From contig MESW01000006.1 of the NCBI GenBank assembly GCA_001771135.1, positions 4,870 to 68,869 on the forward strand: DNA of 64,000 nt, read 5' to 3'. Positions 1-10,017 of the stretch are shown in pieces (positions within the stretch are counted from its first letter, which is position 1; every line of letters starts with the position of its first letter). The DNA is from a candidate division CPR3 bacterium GWF2_35_18. Its GTDB lineage: Bacteria > Patescibacteriota > CPR3 > GWF2-35-18. The notes under the pieces are model-generated. The model was not told where the DNA came from. It ran no database searches and was given only the letters and a program-made list of their open reading frames with translations. Made by a program: the position numbers and the translations under genes.

Positions 1-1099
1 AATGGACATGTTCTCCACTAGCAGCTCCTCCTAAACATGTAGCTTTTGCTTCGGAATCTGCTAAATTACCTACCTTCTCATTTCTCTTTATTTTATTATT
101 TGTATAATCCTGAATATTTTGCAAATGATAATAATAAACTTGCCATCCATCTCCATAGTCAATAGTAGCGCCACAACTTACACCTTGTTCATTTGTATGC
201 TTTGTTATTGTTCCAGGAAATGCGGCTACAGCCCATGAATTACTTGTACTTGTACCCCAAGATGGAAAAGTAGAACTTGTTGAAAAATCAATAGAAGATC
301 TATCGCTACCTCCTATACTATAGCTATGAACTCCATTATAATACCAGCTTTCCCCAATAGGATAAGGAAACTGCAACAAGTCTGCTGAAGGTGGCGTAAC
401 AGTATCTAGCATATTTTGTTGACTAAAAGGATCACTTTCTGGAAACAATGATATATATGTGTTATAGAAACTTTTGTTATCTAAATTACTATTGAATATT
501 TCTAATTCTTCTTTACCCATTAAATCACTAAAAGTAGCTAATAATGCATATGTTCCTGCATTAATATTTTTAGAAAGTAAAATCGTATTCCCATCATTAA
601 GGTTTAGTTTAAGATCCTCACGTTTTTCTAAGGAAGTTTTATAATATTTATTTAAAATATAATAGAAAAATCCATTAAGCTTAGTAGTAACTAGATCTAA
701 TTCTTTCTCAAAACCACTATTGTCAATTCTTAATGGATCTTTCAATCTTTCTTCTATATCAGTAGTACTCGAGATAATACTATTTCTTAGTTCTAGTAAA
801 GTAAGAATTACACGAGGGTTAATACTTGGAGAAAGTGAATAATAATATAAATTGTTGTAGTAAGGTAAAAGATGAGGGGCTTTTTCTTTTAAATATTTAT
901 ATAAATCAAAATCATTTACATTAGGACCATAAACAAATTGCCCATCTGATAACATAGTTTTCTCATTTATTGTTTCAACCTTAACATCTGTGGCTTTTAC
1001 GGAAGAAAATGATAATGAGTTAAATGGGGTAATTGTTATTTCACCTAATAAAAGACAAATAAAGATAGTTTTTCCTATTCTATATAATAATTTTTTCAT
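1..1099 (-). CDS. M23/LytM-family metallopeptidase, secreted; partial, C-terminus lies beyond the window start
   Basis: Not in the ORF track because it is partial. Reverse-strand ATG at 1099 has a GGAGG RBS 4-8 nt upstream (plus-strand cctcc 1103-1107). N-terminal signal peptide MKKLLYRIGKTIFICLLLG. Own translation of the 3' part gives ...HSYSIGGSDRSSIDF...WAVAAFPGTI...GWQVYYYHL...CLGGAASGEHVH, matching the HxxxD / HxH zinc-binding motifs of M23 peptidases. Starts 10 nt after the stop of the upstream tail-fibre-like gene, so likely one operon. Confidence 0.6.
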   Translation of the reverse strand, partial: MKKLLYRIGKTIFICLLLGEITITPFNSLSFSSVKATDVKVETINEKTMLSDGQFVYGPNVNDFDLYKYLKEKAPHLLPYYNNLYYYSLSPSINPRVILTLLELRNSIISSTTDIEERLKDPLRIDNSGFEKELDLVTTKLNGFFYYILNKYYKTSLEKREDLKLNLNDGNTILLSKNINAGTYALLATFSDLMGKEELEIFNSNLDNKSFYNTYISLFPESDPFSQQNMLDTVTPPSADLLQFPYPIGESWYYNGVHSYSIGGSDRSSIDFSTSSTFPSWGTSTSNSWAVAAFPGTITKHTNEQGVSCGATIDYGDGWQVYYYHLQNIQDYTNNKIKRNEKVGNLADSEAKATCLGGAASGEHVH

Positions 1100-1108
1100 C
1101 TTCCTCCT

Positions 1109-2407
1109 TTATTTCTGCTCAAGTAAGTCTAATCTGTTTTTCAAATCTTCGTTTTCTTTTTTCAAGTCAATAGTGTAGAGAGTCAGTTCTTCAATCTTCT
1201 GTAGTAACTTAGCATCCATACCTCCTAAACTGATTCCGTTTTCTTCGACTTCTTGCGCTGAAGGTATATCAGGAAGGTGTTTATTCTCATCAATATATTG
1301 CTCAACTTCAGTAAGTGATTTTAACTGATAATTACTATCGAAGACAAAATCTGACCAACCTGTATCGACCACTATTTCTTTTGCACGGATTTTGCCATTA
1401 ACTAGTAAATTATAATTAACATTATCCGTAGTAGTATTAATACCTACTCTCCCTGCAAAGGTATGAAAACCAGCATCAGTAGCATGAATCCATTGGGCTT
1501 TAAAATCACCATTAACTTGAAGCTTAGAAGTTGGATTAGTTGTTCCTATCCCAACATTTCCATCTTCAGGATCAGGATTGATTGCCAAATCTGACCAAGT
1601 AGATAAGGTATCATCATGACCTCCAATTGTAGCTATCCCACCACCTTCACCTAGAACTACGGCATTTATTGGTCCAGAAAAAACACCTCTTCCTTTCCAC
1701 CCATCAACTGCTGTTGTGGAATAAACATGCAGTTTACCTTCAGGAGCGGTTAATCCAACTCCCACATTTCCGGTATTTTGATTGATTATCGTGTTTGCGG
1801 AAGTACTTAAAGCTTGAATGTATAAAGGGGAAGAGGCCTCGCCATTTCGAGCGGAAAGTTCATTAGCATCCAAGACAATGTTGTAGCTAGTATGATCTCC
1901 GAGAATCAGATATCCTCCTCCGGTTAGACCAGCCGAAGATCCACTAAAGACATGTAGCGTTGCATCAGGGTCGTTGATTCCGAGACCAACATCACCATTA
2001 CTCTTAAATGCGATATTATCTGTTCCTCTATAATTAAACTTCAGCGTTGGATTATTTGCCGATTCTTTAATGTTCCAGTCGGGTGTTGCAATTGATCCGG
2101 TACCCACTATCTGAATACCTGTTTCTTTGGTACCAGAGTTTGTTGTTTTTATTTGAAGGTAAGCATGATCTGCTGCTCCAACTATAAGAAGCTGACCTTG
2201 ATTATCGGCTGTCTTTCTTACCCCATTTATTTGTAATACTCCTGTTGGACTAGTTGTTCCAATTCCCACATTCTGTGTTGAATAGTTTACATCCCAAGTA
2301 TTGCTACCACTCCCAGTCCACCAAGTATCAGCAAATACGGTATTAAGTGGAAAAAGTAATGAAAGAAAGGGTATAAAAAACGATAAGATAACAGCTTTTT
2401 TCTTCAT
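1109..2407 (-). CDS. secreted tail-fibre-like protein with Gly-rich beta repeats and a C-terminal coiled coil
   Basis: Signal peptide MKKKAVILSFFIPFLSLLFPLNTVFA. Repeated motifs GNVGIGTTSPTGVLQINGV / GNVGVGLTAPEGKLHVYS / GNVGIGTTNPTSKLQVNG are typical of phage tail-fibre and cell-surface fibre proteins. The C-terminal SDFVFDSNYQLKSLTEVEQYIDENKHLPDIPSAQEVEENGISLGGMDAKLLQKIEELTLYTIDL segment matches the conserved C-terminal module of tail-fibre-domain proteins as I remember it. Confidence 0.55.
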   Translation of the reverse strand: MKKKAVILSFFIPFLSLLFPLNTVFADTWWTGSGSNTWDVNYSTQNVGIGTTSPTGVLQINGVRKTADNQGQLLIVGAADHAYLQIKTTNSGTKETGIQIVGTGSIATPDWNIKESANNPTLKFNYRGTDNIAFKSNGDVGLGINDPDATLHVFSGSSAGLTGGGYLILGDHTSYNIVLDANELSARNGEASSPLYIQALSTSANTIINQNTGNVGVGLTAPEGKLHVYSTTAVDGWKGRGVFSGPINAVVLGEGGGIATIGGHDDTLSTWSDLAINPDPEDGNVGIGTTNPTSKLQVNGDFKAQWIHATDAGFHTFAGRVGINTTTDNVNYNLLVNGKIRAKEIVVDTGWSDFVFDSNYQLKSLTEVEQYIDENKHLPDIPSAQEVEENGISLGGMDAKLLQKIEELTLYTIDLKKENEDLKNRLDLLEQK

Positions 2408-2660
2408 AGAAATCCTCCTTAAACTTATAAAACTAAAAAAGCCAATCCTCCCAATGGATTGGCGTATACTTACTGACTATTTTCAGAATATTACTATTTC
2501 TCATAGTAATTTACTATTTAATTATTAGTCATCATATATCACAATAAAATATGATTGTCTATGTATTGCAATACAAATTTAGAGAAAATAATAGAAATGA
2601 AGTGTGAATAAAGGCTCTATAAAGGCAAAAACTCCGCGTGATAGAGGATGTTAGAACCTG

Positions 2661-3535
2661 CTACTCTCTTATCAACTGAATAGAGTCTAATAAGTTAAAT
2701 AGCTCTTGATTCTCTAGGTCAGTAAGTTTTCTGTTCTCTATACCACTATATTTTACTGATATCCAAACTCTTCCTTCATTCTCATCATAATTTTTCCTAA
2801 TTGTTCCGAATATTTCTTCATCCTTACCATTATAGCTAAAAAGATTCATTGTTATTAAATCGTTCGAATAGTAGTTCTCAACATGACATAAATTATCTTG
2901 TCCAGTATCACCACAATACGGACCCCTTCCAGCATTACTTATATCTATCGTAAAAATATTAGAAGTCAAAGTCATCCACCCAAATACATCTTCTTTGTTT
3001 TTAATTTTCCATCCAAAAAATAATGGCACTTTTATTCCTAACAGATAATTCTGTTGGAAATAAAAAAAAGATAAGTTTTTAACAAACTCATCACACACTG
3101 TTATACTATCATTTGAGTTATCTAAGCAATATATTGCAAAATTTATACCATTAATATTAATTTCCTCATTCCCACAAGAAATATTTTTAAGAGTTGAATT
3201 GCAATCATCTCCAATTCTAAAATCATCAGTATAGTAGTAGAAATCTCTTCCTATATAGTCTTCAAGATTATCGTGAAAATGTAACTTACTCAGATTCTCT
3301 TTTACTCTGAAAATATTGGGTTTTAATGTAAATGAAGTTATTTTTTGGTATTCAGGAATAATATAGTTATTTAATCCACCACTTTCTCCTAATCCCGCAG
3401 AAACTATAATAACATTATTTCCATCATCTAGTTCTACCTGACTATTATTTAATTTAGTTATTGAAAAATTATTTGATGCTTTACTTTCGAAATGAAGAAT
3501 ATTGGGAGTATTACAACTGATGAATATGACAAAAT
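2661..3535 (-). pseudogene. 5'-truncated ORF of unknown function (no start codon upstream of the annotated Met)
   Basis: The 145-aa ORF 2661..3098 continues in frame upstream for about 145 more codons (…HFVIFISCNTPNILHFESKASNNFSITKLNNSQVELDDGNNVIIVSAGLGESGGLNNYIIPEYQKITSF…NSNDSITVCDEF) up to a TAA near 3536. There is no ATG/GTG/TTG in that extension. Its 5' end runs into the recombinase fragment on the opposite strand. Looks like a gene remnant. Confidence 0.35.
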
Positions 3536-3800
3536 GTTAGATAATTTCAAGAATGAACAGGCAGATATACTAAGTAAAATAGACGATTATGATAACTATG
3601 ACAGGAAGTATTATATGACCGCTTCTCGGCTTCTGGAACTGCTTTCTAAGGCTAAACTGATATTTGAGAGTTCTGAAGTCATGGAAAAACGGCAATTATT
3701 GAACTACCTACTTCAGAACTTATCACTCGAAGGGGAAAAACTGCACTACGATTTGAAAAAACCGTATAGTATGATCGCTTCTTACATCAAACGTCAAGAC
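3492..3800 (+). pseudogene. fragment of a large serine recombinase (C-terminal region only)
   Basis: The 112-aa ORF has no resolvase catalytic domain. The segment RLLELLSKAKLIFESSEVMEKRQLLNYLLQNLSLEGEKLHYDLKKPY resembles the conserved C-terminal stretch of large serine recombinases. The last 9 codons (WLRGQDSNL) are read from the tRNA-Asn gene on the other strand, so the true coding remnant ends before about 3800. Confidence 0.5.
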
Positions 3801-3876
3801 TGGCTCCGCGGACAGGACTCGAACCTGTAACCTTATCCTTAACAGGGATCTGCTCTACCATTGAGCTACCGCGGAA
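3801..3876 (-). tRNA. tRNA-Asn (anticodon GUU)
   Basis: Reverse complement folds as a cloverleaf: acceptor UCCGCGG/CCGCGGA, D-arm GCUC..GAGC, anticodon loop CUGUUAA, T-arm ACAGG-UUCGAGU-CCUGU, discriminator G, encoded CCA. U1 and G73 are the same as in E. coli tRNA-Asn. Confidence 0.85.
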
Positions 3877-4001
3877 CGATAAGACAATAAAAAGACAAAG
3901 AGAATATACCAGTTTTACCTAAAGATTTCAACAATAGACTAGCTTTAAACATAAAAATCTCTTAAAATATAATTAAGATTAATTCTTTCAAAGGGCCGTC
4001 T

Positions 4002-4715
4002 ATGAAAAATCTTTTTAAATCCACAATCTCTTTATTCTGGTTATCAATTACCTTAATGGCAACAACCATTCTCTGGTCAATAATTGAAAACAAACTAATA
4101 AATGGAGTCATTGACTTCATTTTAATTCTTGTCATGATGGTGATTAATTGGAAGGCAAACTTTAAACTCATGCTAAAATGGCTAATGTTTGCTCTTTTCT
4201 TTGGAGTCACAATCACCATTGCTTTTTTTATTCCCAGAATCGAGATTGGAAGTAATAAGGCCAACAACTCTGAAAATAACTCTCAAACTGAAACGAATAT
4301 CGAACCAACAGGTACAGGAGAGATCGTGGTTGAAGGAGAAACCGGAGTGCTTACAAATGGCAGCACTTGGTCATATATAGGTGAATCTGCCCGTGGCGGA
4401 GAAGCTTATCTTGGAGATGACAAAGCTACAGCAACATACGAAGTCACCGCCAAAAACGCTGGAAAATATAATCTTTATGTAAAATTAAGTGATGATGCAA
4501 TGCATATGGATGGCGCTAGAAGTGTAACTATCACAGTAAATACAACTCAAACGTTAAAATATACCCACGTTTCTGAAGATACTCAAGGTTGGAAATGGTA
4601 TAAAATTGGCACCGCTACTTTAAAAGCAGGAAAAAATACGATTGCATTTGTGAAAGATGAAAGTACTGGCGCGGCTTATGTAATGGACACTTTTAAACTA
4701 ATTCCAGAGAATTAA
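4002..4715 (+). CDS. membrane-anchored protein with a C-terminal CBM6/CBM35-like carbohydrate-binding domain
   Basis: Two or three N-terminal TM helices and a Ser/Asn/Thr-rich linker. The C-terminal 130 aa (GEAYLGDDKATATYEVTAKNAGKYNLYVKLSDD…ARSVTITVN…GWKWYKIGTATLKAGKNTIAFVKDESTGAAYVMDTFKLIP) follow the beta-sandwich CBM6/35 pattern. Confidence 0.4.
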   Translation: MKNLFKSTISLFWLSITLMATTILWSIIENKLINGVIDFILILVMMVINWKANFKLMLKWLMFALFFGVTITIAFFIPRIEIGSNKANNSENNSQTETNIEPTGTGEIVVEGETGVLTNGSTWSYIGESARGGEAYLGDDKATATYEVTAKNAGKYNLYVKLSDDAMHMDGARSVTITVNTTQTLKYTHVSEDTQGWKWYKIGTATLKAGKNTIAFVKDESTGAAYVMDTFKLIPEN

Positions 4716-4724
4716 TAATTTAGT

Positions 4725-5642
4725 ATGGACATACCCACAAAGCAATATATTAGGCAGATACAATCAATATTCAAAGAAGTAATCAAGCATTATAAATCAA
4801 ACGTAAGAACTAATAAAGAAATTAATCCCGAAGAGATCAAAAAACTTGAGCAATTAACTGATTATAATTTTCCTCCAGATTTAAAATGTTTTCTAGAATG
4901 GTCAGGAGTTATGCCTATCTGGAAGGCTCCCTTTATGCCATTTATTAATAGTGGAAAAGATTTCTATCTATGGAGTAATCAGCTTAGTATTGTTAAAGTA
5001 AAATTAACATCTCCCCATTACCATAAAAAAATGGAGTTAATGTTTGGAGACTTTTTTGATCAAAATAATGAAAAGTATGCTTTTCACCTTTGTTTTGACT
5101 ATAACGGAGAAGTCACAGGGAAAAAGTATGCAATTTTTATTGAATATGGAAAAGAAAAAATTAAACATAAATGGGTAATTGAAGATAAAAGTGACATTTT
5201 CATTTTAGCCGAAAACATTAATCAATTCTTAATTAAATATTTAACTTATTTAAAATCCCTCCCTATTCCAAACCCTAAATATCCCAAGATCGACAAGCTA
5301 CTCAACAATCATAAGAAACTCTACGACTATGTGGCAAAATACAACTGGGATGATGGAATCGAGGAGATGGAATATATTGTAAAAAATAACAATTGTGATA
5401 AAGCAACGGCACTTCTTATCTATTGGCTATGTATTCCCTACTATTTCGATGATAGGACTGGAAAAGAATTAAAACTGCTTCCATACATTATTGAAGAAAA
5501 CTTCACTAATAATTATTATCAAAATTCTGAGAATAAATTTGATCCTGAGAATAATCAACTTGAAAACTTTATCAAATCTTATAAACAAAGCAAAGATTGC
5601 GTAAGGACGCTCCCAAACCACATGGTAAAAATGAAAGTTTAA
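4725..5642 (+). CDS. hypothetical protein, possibly SUKH (Smi1/Knr4)-type immunity-like
   Basis: N-terminal KKLEQLTDYNFPPDLKCFLEWSGV resembles the LP-x-D/Y-x-x-F-L motif of SUKH domains. Otherwise no recognisable motif. Confidence 0.25.
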   Translation: MDIPTKQYIRQIQSIFKEVIKHYKSNVRTNKEINPEEIKKLEQLTDYNFPPDLKCFLEWSGVMPIWKAPFMPFINSGKDFYLWSNQLSIVKVKLTSPHYHKKMELMFGDFFDQNNEKYAFHLCFDYNGEVTGKKYAIFIEYGKEKIKHKWVIEDKSDIFILAENINQFLIKYLTYLKSLPIPNPKYPKIDKLLNNHKKLYDYVAKYNWDDGIEEMEYIVKNNNCDKATALLIYWLCIPYYFDDRTGKELKLLPYIIEENFTNNYYQNSENKFDPENNQLENFIKSYKQSKDCVRTLPNHMVKMKV

Positions 5643-5655
5643 TTGAGTTTAACAC

Positions 5656-6507
5656 TCAAATATCGATATGTAGGAATTTACGGATTAAAAATCCTAGTCC
5701 GAAGCTTAGAGTTGCAACTCCTAGGCTAATTGAAACCATTTGTAAAAATCTCTTTTTAAAATCATAATCTTTGGCAACAGAAATATAAAAAGTAAAAAGA
5801 AAGATTATCGTAACCGCATTAAACAGCGAAACTCCCAAACAGACGAAAATATTTGTAAAAAGGAAAAACGGAAAGATTAAGTAAATAACTGTAAAAATGT
5901 AAGCAATTCCGGTATAGGTCGCGGATTTCTTCGCATCAATTTCTCCTTCTCCAGAAACGTTAGATAGATACTCTGAAGCCGCCATAGAAAGAGATGCCGC
6001 TAATCCTGTAATAAGCCCTGCCATCGCTACCAAGTTTCGATTTTGCAGAGCTAAAGTAAAACCGGCTAAAGCCCCAGTAAGCTCCACTAAAGCATCATTA
6101 AGACCTAACACTACCGAACCGATATACAAAAGCTTTTCCTCATCAATCATGTTTATTAGTTTTTTCTCATGTTCATCTTCATCTTCCAGAATTTTCTTGG
6201 CTTCCGGATATTTGGTAATTAGTTTGGCATAGACTTTTTGCGCTTGTCCCTCACCTTTCTCCATTAGTTTTGAACCAAAAGTCAAACCAAAAACCCGAAT
6301 AATAAAATAATAAAGGTTAAAACGGAATTTATTGATAGGAACGTCTTTTCCAGTTTGTTTTTTCCAAAACTGGTAATGTGAAAACTCTTCAGCTGCAATC
6401 TGTTCAAATACTTTTTGATTAGATCCTTTGGAAATCTGAGCTAATCTTTTATAAACTTCACCTTCGGTGATTTCGTTTTGTTGTAAACGTAAAATTAATT
6501 TATCCAT
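5656..6507 (-). CDS. membrane-bound ferritin-like / VIT1-CCC1 family protein (MbfA-like)
   Basis: N-terminal ferritin/erythrin-like helices (EGEVYKRLAQ…EQIAAEEFSHYQFW…EDEDEHEKKL). C-terminal VIT1/CCC1-type membrane domain (GSVVLGLNDALVELTGALAGFT…), followed by further TM helices. Confidence 0.65.
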   Translation of the reverse strand: MDKLILRLQQNEITEGEVYKRLAQISKGSNQKVFEQIAAEEFSHYQFWKKQTGKDVPINKFRFNLYYFIIRVFGLTFGSKLMEKGEGQAQKVYAKLITKYPEAKKILEDEDEHEKKLINMIDEEKLLYIGSVVLGLNDALVELTGALAGFTLALQNRNLVAMAGLITGLAASLSMAASEYLSNVSGEGEIDAKKSATYTGIAYIFTVIYLIFPFFLFTNIFVCLGVSLFNAVTIIFLFTFYISVAKDYDFKKRFLQMVSISLGVATLSFGLGFLIRKFLHIDI

Positions 6508-6516
6508 AACGACTCT

Positions 6517-7590
6517 TTATGAAAGATAATCGCGTAGTTTTTTGTTTTTGGAAGGGTGTTTCAGCTTTTTTAAGGCTTTAGCTTCTATCTGTCTAATACG
6601 TTCACGGGTAACCCCAAACTCTTTTCCCACTTCTTCCAGCGTCCGCTGTCGGTCATCTTCAAGACCAAAACGAAGCTCAAGAACCTTTCGCTCGCGTGGG
6701 GTTAATGAGTCTAAAATATCGCGAACATGACCTTTAAGAAGCTCTTGGCTTGCTGTTTCATCAGGAGCCATAATTAAATCATCGGCAATAAATTCTCCAA
6801 GACGTGAATCTTCCTCTTCACCCACTGAAGCTTCAAGAGAGGTTGGTTCCTGAGAAACTTTGATAATCTCACGGGCTTTAGCCACATCAATTCCTATTTC
6901 TTTGGCCACTTCCGCGGGTTTTGGCTCACGGCCTAAAGTTTGAGAAAGTCGGCGGGAAGCACGAATAAAGCGGTTAATGACCTCAACCATATGGACTGGA
7001 ATACGAATAGTACGCGCCTGATCCGCTATAGCACGAGTGATCGCCTGGCGAATCCACCAAGTCGCATAGGTCGAGAATTTGAAACCTCTTTTCCATTCAA
7101 ACTTCTCTACCGCCTTCATCAACCCCATGTTTCCTTCTTGAATAAGATCGAGTAAAGAAAGTCCTCGACCTACGTATTTCTTGGCGATCGAAACGACCAA
7201 ACGAAGGTTCGCGGCAATGAGTTTAGCTTTGGCCTTTCCATCACCTTTTTCAATTCGTTTGGCAAGTGAAACTTCTTCTTCAAAGGTAAGAAGTTTGATC
7301 TTACCAATCTCACTTAAATACATGCGAACTGGATCAGTCGACTTTTTATCTTTTGTCGCCTGCATCAACCTTTTCAACATATCCTCATCAGATTCCTGTT
7401 TTTCTTCCGGCATTTCAAAAACATCAATACCTTCGTTTAAAAGGGTAGCGTAAAGATCATCGAGCTCATCAAGATTTTCTTCAACCTCAGGATAGAATTC
7501 CAAGATATCATCTTGAGTAATAAATCCTTGTTCTCGACCTCTTTTGATGATTTTTTTTGTAGCGATACTTTTGGCGTTAGAATCTTTCAT
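6517..7590 (-). CDS. rpoD: RNA polymerase sigma factor RpoD (sigma-70)
   Basis: Region 1.2 [16 protein letters not shown]. Region 2 [29 protein letters not shown]. Region 4 [29 protein letters not shown]. Classic dnaG-rpoD arrangement. Confidence 0.95.
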   Translation of the reverse strand: MKDSNAKSIATKKIIKRGREQGFITQDDILEFYPEVEENLDELDDLYATLLNEGIDVFEMPEEKQESDEDMLKRLMQATKDKKSTDPVRMYLSEIGKIKLLTFEEEVSLAKRIEKGDGKAKAKLIAANLRLVVSIAKKYVGRGLSLLDLIQEGNMGLMKAVEKFEWKRGFKFSTYATWWIRQAITRAIADQARTIRIPVHMVEVINRFIRASRRLSQTLGREPKPAEVAKEIGIDVAKAREIIKVSQEPTSLEASVGEEEDSRLGEFIADDLIMAPDETASQELLKGHVRDILDSLTPRERKVLELRFGLEDDRQRTLEEVGKEFGVTRERIRQIEAKALKKLKHPSKNKKLRDYLS

Positions 7591-7607
7591 AATGGATTAT
7601 TTAAATA

Positions 7608-9407
7608 TTATATAATGAAGTGGCGAGGATCACGACTTTGATCAAGTTCATGTAACTTTTGGGAAATATCCCGAAACTCCTCACTCATTTTTTTTAATTG
7701 TGATTCCAGACCTCCTTCTTCCGCTTTGACAATCTCCTCCTGTAAGCTCTTTTGCTTTCTTCTTAGGAATAACTCTTTTATCTTTTTAATACAATCTTCT
7801 TCCTCACGTTCTTTCTCAATCTCAGTCAGATAACTTAGATCAAGCAGGAAAAATTCATCGGCAAATTTTACTTCTTCGGGCTCTAGTGTAGCATAAAATT
7901 CAGAAATTAAGAACTGCTTATTATTTTTTAAGTAATCCACTAACTTAGTCCACAATAAAATGACTTTTTCCCCTTCTAGATACTTAATGTCTATACTCTT
8001 TACGTCAACCAAAGTCAAATCTTCCTTTTGAAGATTTAAGGTCAGTAAATACTCTGATAATCTTTCGAGCAAATCTTTCTCTGATGATTTGCTCAAAACC
8101 TGCATTGAGAATTTTGGCGTTATTATCCTGTTTTGGTATTTATCCGCTTCTTTAAAAATAGTCTCCTCTTCAATTTCTAGAGTTGTCGCTAGCTTTTGCA
8201 GGTAATGAGCTCTAATAATCGGATTAATAATTTTGGCAAAAAGAGGCAATAGCTCTTGGGCGATCTTTTTTTTGGCAAAAGGATCAGCTGCAGAATATCT
8301 ATTTAAAGCTGATTTTAAATAGAAATCGTAAATGGAAATGGCTTTTGAAACTGCATTATTCAAGGCATCTTTATTAATTTGTAAAGCTTCATCGAGATCT
8401 TTTCCTTTTTCAAATTCCAACACTTTGATATTTAAACCTTCGTTTTCTAGTATTTCTATACCGCGACGGGAAGCTTTGTCTCCGGCAATATCAATATCAA
8501 AAGAGAGTAACACATTTTCAACATAGCGTTTAATGAGACGCGCCTGATCAGGTGTTAAAGCTGTTCCCAAAGGCGCTACAATATTGGGAAATCCGGCTTG
8601 ATGACTGGAAATTATATCGATATTTCCTTCGGTTAAGATGATTTCGTTTTTTTGCCGGAGAGATTCTTTGGCTTGAAAAAGACCAAAGAGTAGTCTCCCT
8701 TTGTTATAAATCGGCGTTTCTGGAGTGTTTAGATATTTGGGTGCGTCTTTAATTTTGGAATTTAAAATTCGGCCGGAAAATCCCACCATATTACCCTGCA
8801 GATCAAAAATCGGGAACATTAATCTCTGCCGAAAACGATCATAATAACCACGACCACTGGTTTTCTGGACGATTAAACCGCATTTTTCAATTTGTGGTAA
8901 TGTATAACCTTTTTTCTGCAAAAAGCGGCCCAAAAGGTCCCAAGAATCAGCTGCATAACCAAGGTTAAATTCTTTTACTGAAGTTTCTTTGATATTCCGC
9001 TCTTTCAAATAATCTCGTGCTTTCTGTCCAATTTTATCCTTCGCAAGAAGGTAGTGGAAAAATTCGGCAGCGAGGAAGTTAATTTTATAGTAAAGATCTT
9101 TATCAGAAGTGGCTTGCTTTTTATATTCTTGTTTAAGCTTCACGCCCGCTTTTTCAGCTAAGAATTTTAGAGCTTCTCCAAATTCTAAATGCTCATATTT
9201 CATGATAAAACCAAAGATGTCGCCGCCTTCACCACAGCCAAAACATTTGAATATCTGACGTTCCGGAGAAACCATAAAAGAGGGTGTTTCTTCAGAATGG
9301 AAAGGACAACGCGCTTTGAAATTTCGGCCCGCTTTTTTGAGGGTAATTCGTTCCCCTATTATTGTGACAATATCCAGTTTGCTTTTTATTTCTTCAAGCT
9401 GATCCAT
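7608..9407 (-). CDS. dnaG: DNA primase DnaG
   Basis: CHC2 zinc finger CPFHSEETPSFMVSPERQIFKCFGCGEGGD. TOPRIM region (ILTEGNIDIIS…). Lies immediately upstream of rpoD. Confidence 0.95.
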   Translation of the reverse strand: MDQLEEIKSKLDIVTIIGERITLKKAGRNFKARCPFHSEETPSFMVSPERQIFKCFGCGEGGDIFGFIMKYEHLEFGEALKFLAEKAGVKLKQEYKKQATSDKDLYYKINFLAAEFFHYLLAKDKIGQKARDYLKERNIKETSVKEFNLGYAADSWDLLGRFLQKKGYTLPQIEKCGLIVQKTSGRGYYDRFRQRLMFPIFDLQGNMVGFSGRILNSKIKDAPKYLNTPETPIYNKGRLLFGLFQAKESLRQKNEIILTEGNIDIISSHQAGFPNIVAPLGTALTPDQARLIKRYVENVLLSFDIDIAGDKASRRGIEILENEGLNIKVLEFEKGKDLDEALQINKDALNNAVSKAISIYDFYLKSALNRYSAADPFAKKKIAQELLPLFAKIINPIIRAHYLQKLATTLEIEEETIFKEADKYQNRIITPKFSMQVLSKSSEKDLLERLSEYLLTLNLQKEDLTLVDVKSIDIKYLEGEKVILLWTKLVDYLKNNKQFLISEFYATLEPEEVKFADEFFLLDLSYLTEIEKEREEEDCIKKIKELFLRRKQKSLQEEIVKAEEGGLESQLKKMSEEFRDISQKLHELDQSRDPRHFII

Positions 9408-9480
9408 GGTTAATTCGGTAAACTACTAATTTACCTGTAGTATATCATTTTGGAAAATAATCCGTGAAAAAATATACAGA

Positions 9481-9987
9481 TTATAATTTATAGGATTTTT
9501 TGATGATCTCAACACTATTTATCGTATTGTAATACCTTATATCTTCAACTTTTTCGAGATCAATCCACTCTGCGAGAGAAAGAACCCCAATTTCGTTTTC
9601 GACAAAGTTTTTGGTGGTTAATTTTCCACCCGTAACTTCGGCAGTATAATAAAAAAGAATAGAATGCACGAATTTCTCAGAATCCGGAAGTTTGAAAAAA
9701 GAGGTGTGACAAGAGATAAATTTACCGACTTTAACATTGTATCCTGTCTCTTCAAAAACCTCGCGAATTAAGGCTGCTTCGATTGTTTCTCCAAGCTCAA
9801 TAGCGCCGCCGGGAAAGTCATAACCATCCCACTGCTTTGAGAGTAAAACTTGCCCGTTTTTGATAATTACGGCATAAACTGAAGGCCGGAATGTTAACTT
9901 ATTTACCTCAATTTCATATTTCTTCCCTTGTAGATCAACACAGATCACTTTATTATTCATGAATTTATCCTCCCGATAAATAAACAA
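9481..9987 (-). CDS. NUDIX hydrolase
   Basis: Nudix box GGAIELGETIEAALIREVFEETG. The start may be the internal MNNKV (9 codons downstream). Confidence 0.85.
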   Translation of the reverse strand: MFIYREDKFMNNKVICVDLQGKKYEIEVNKLTFRPSVYAVIIKNGQVLLSKQWDGYDFPGGAIELGETIEAALIREVFEETGYNVKVGKFISCHTSFFKLPDSEKFVHSILFYYTAEVTGGKLTTKNFVENEIGVLSLAEWIDLEKVEDIRYYNTINSVEIIKKSYKL

Positions 9988-10017
9988 CCACCTTATTATC
10001 TATTCTTAATATCAAAG

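Noticed and set aside
990-1178. The 62-aa plus-strand ORF at the junction of the tail-fibre-like and M23 genes. Other short antisense ORFs in the track include 2301..2528, 6542..6730, 6940..7453, 8332..8526, 9189..9413, 10192..10395, 12356..13006, 16292..16483, 17214..17703 and 24474..25469.
   Set aside because: All are embedded antisense in strongly supported genes (rpoD, dnaG, ABC transporter, GGDEF protein and others) or span intergenic promoters. None has a motif or RBS.
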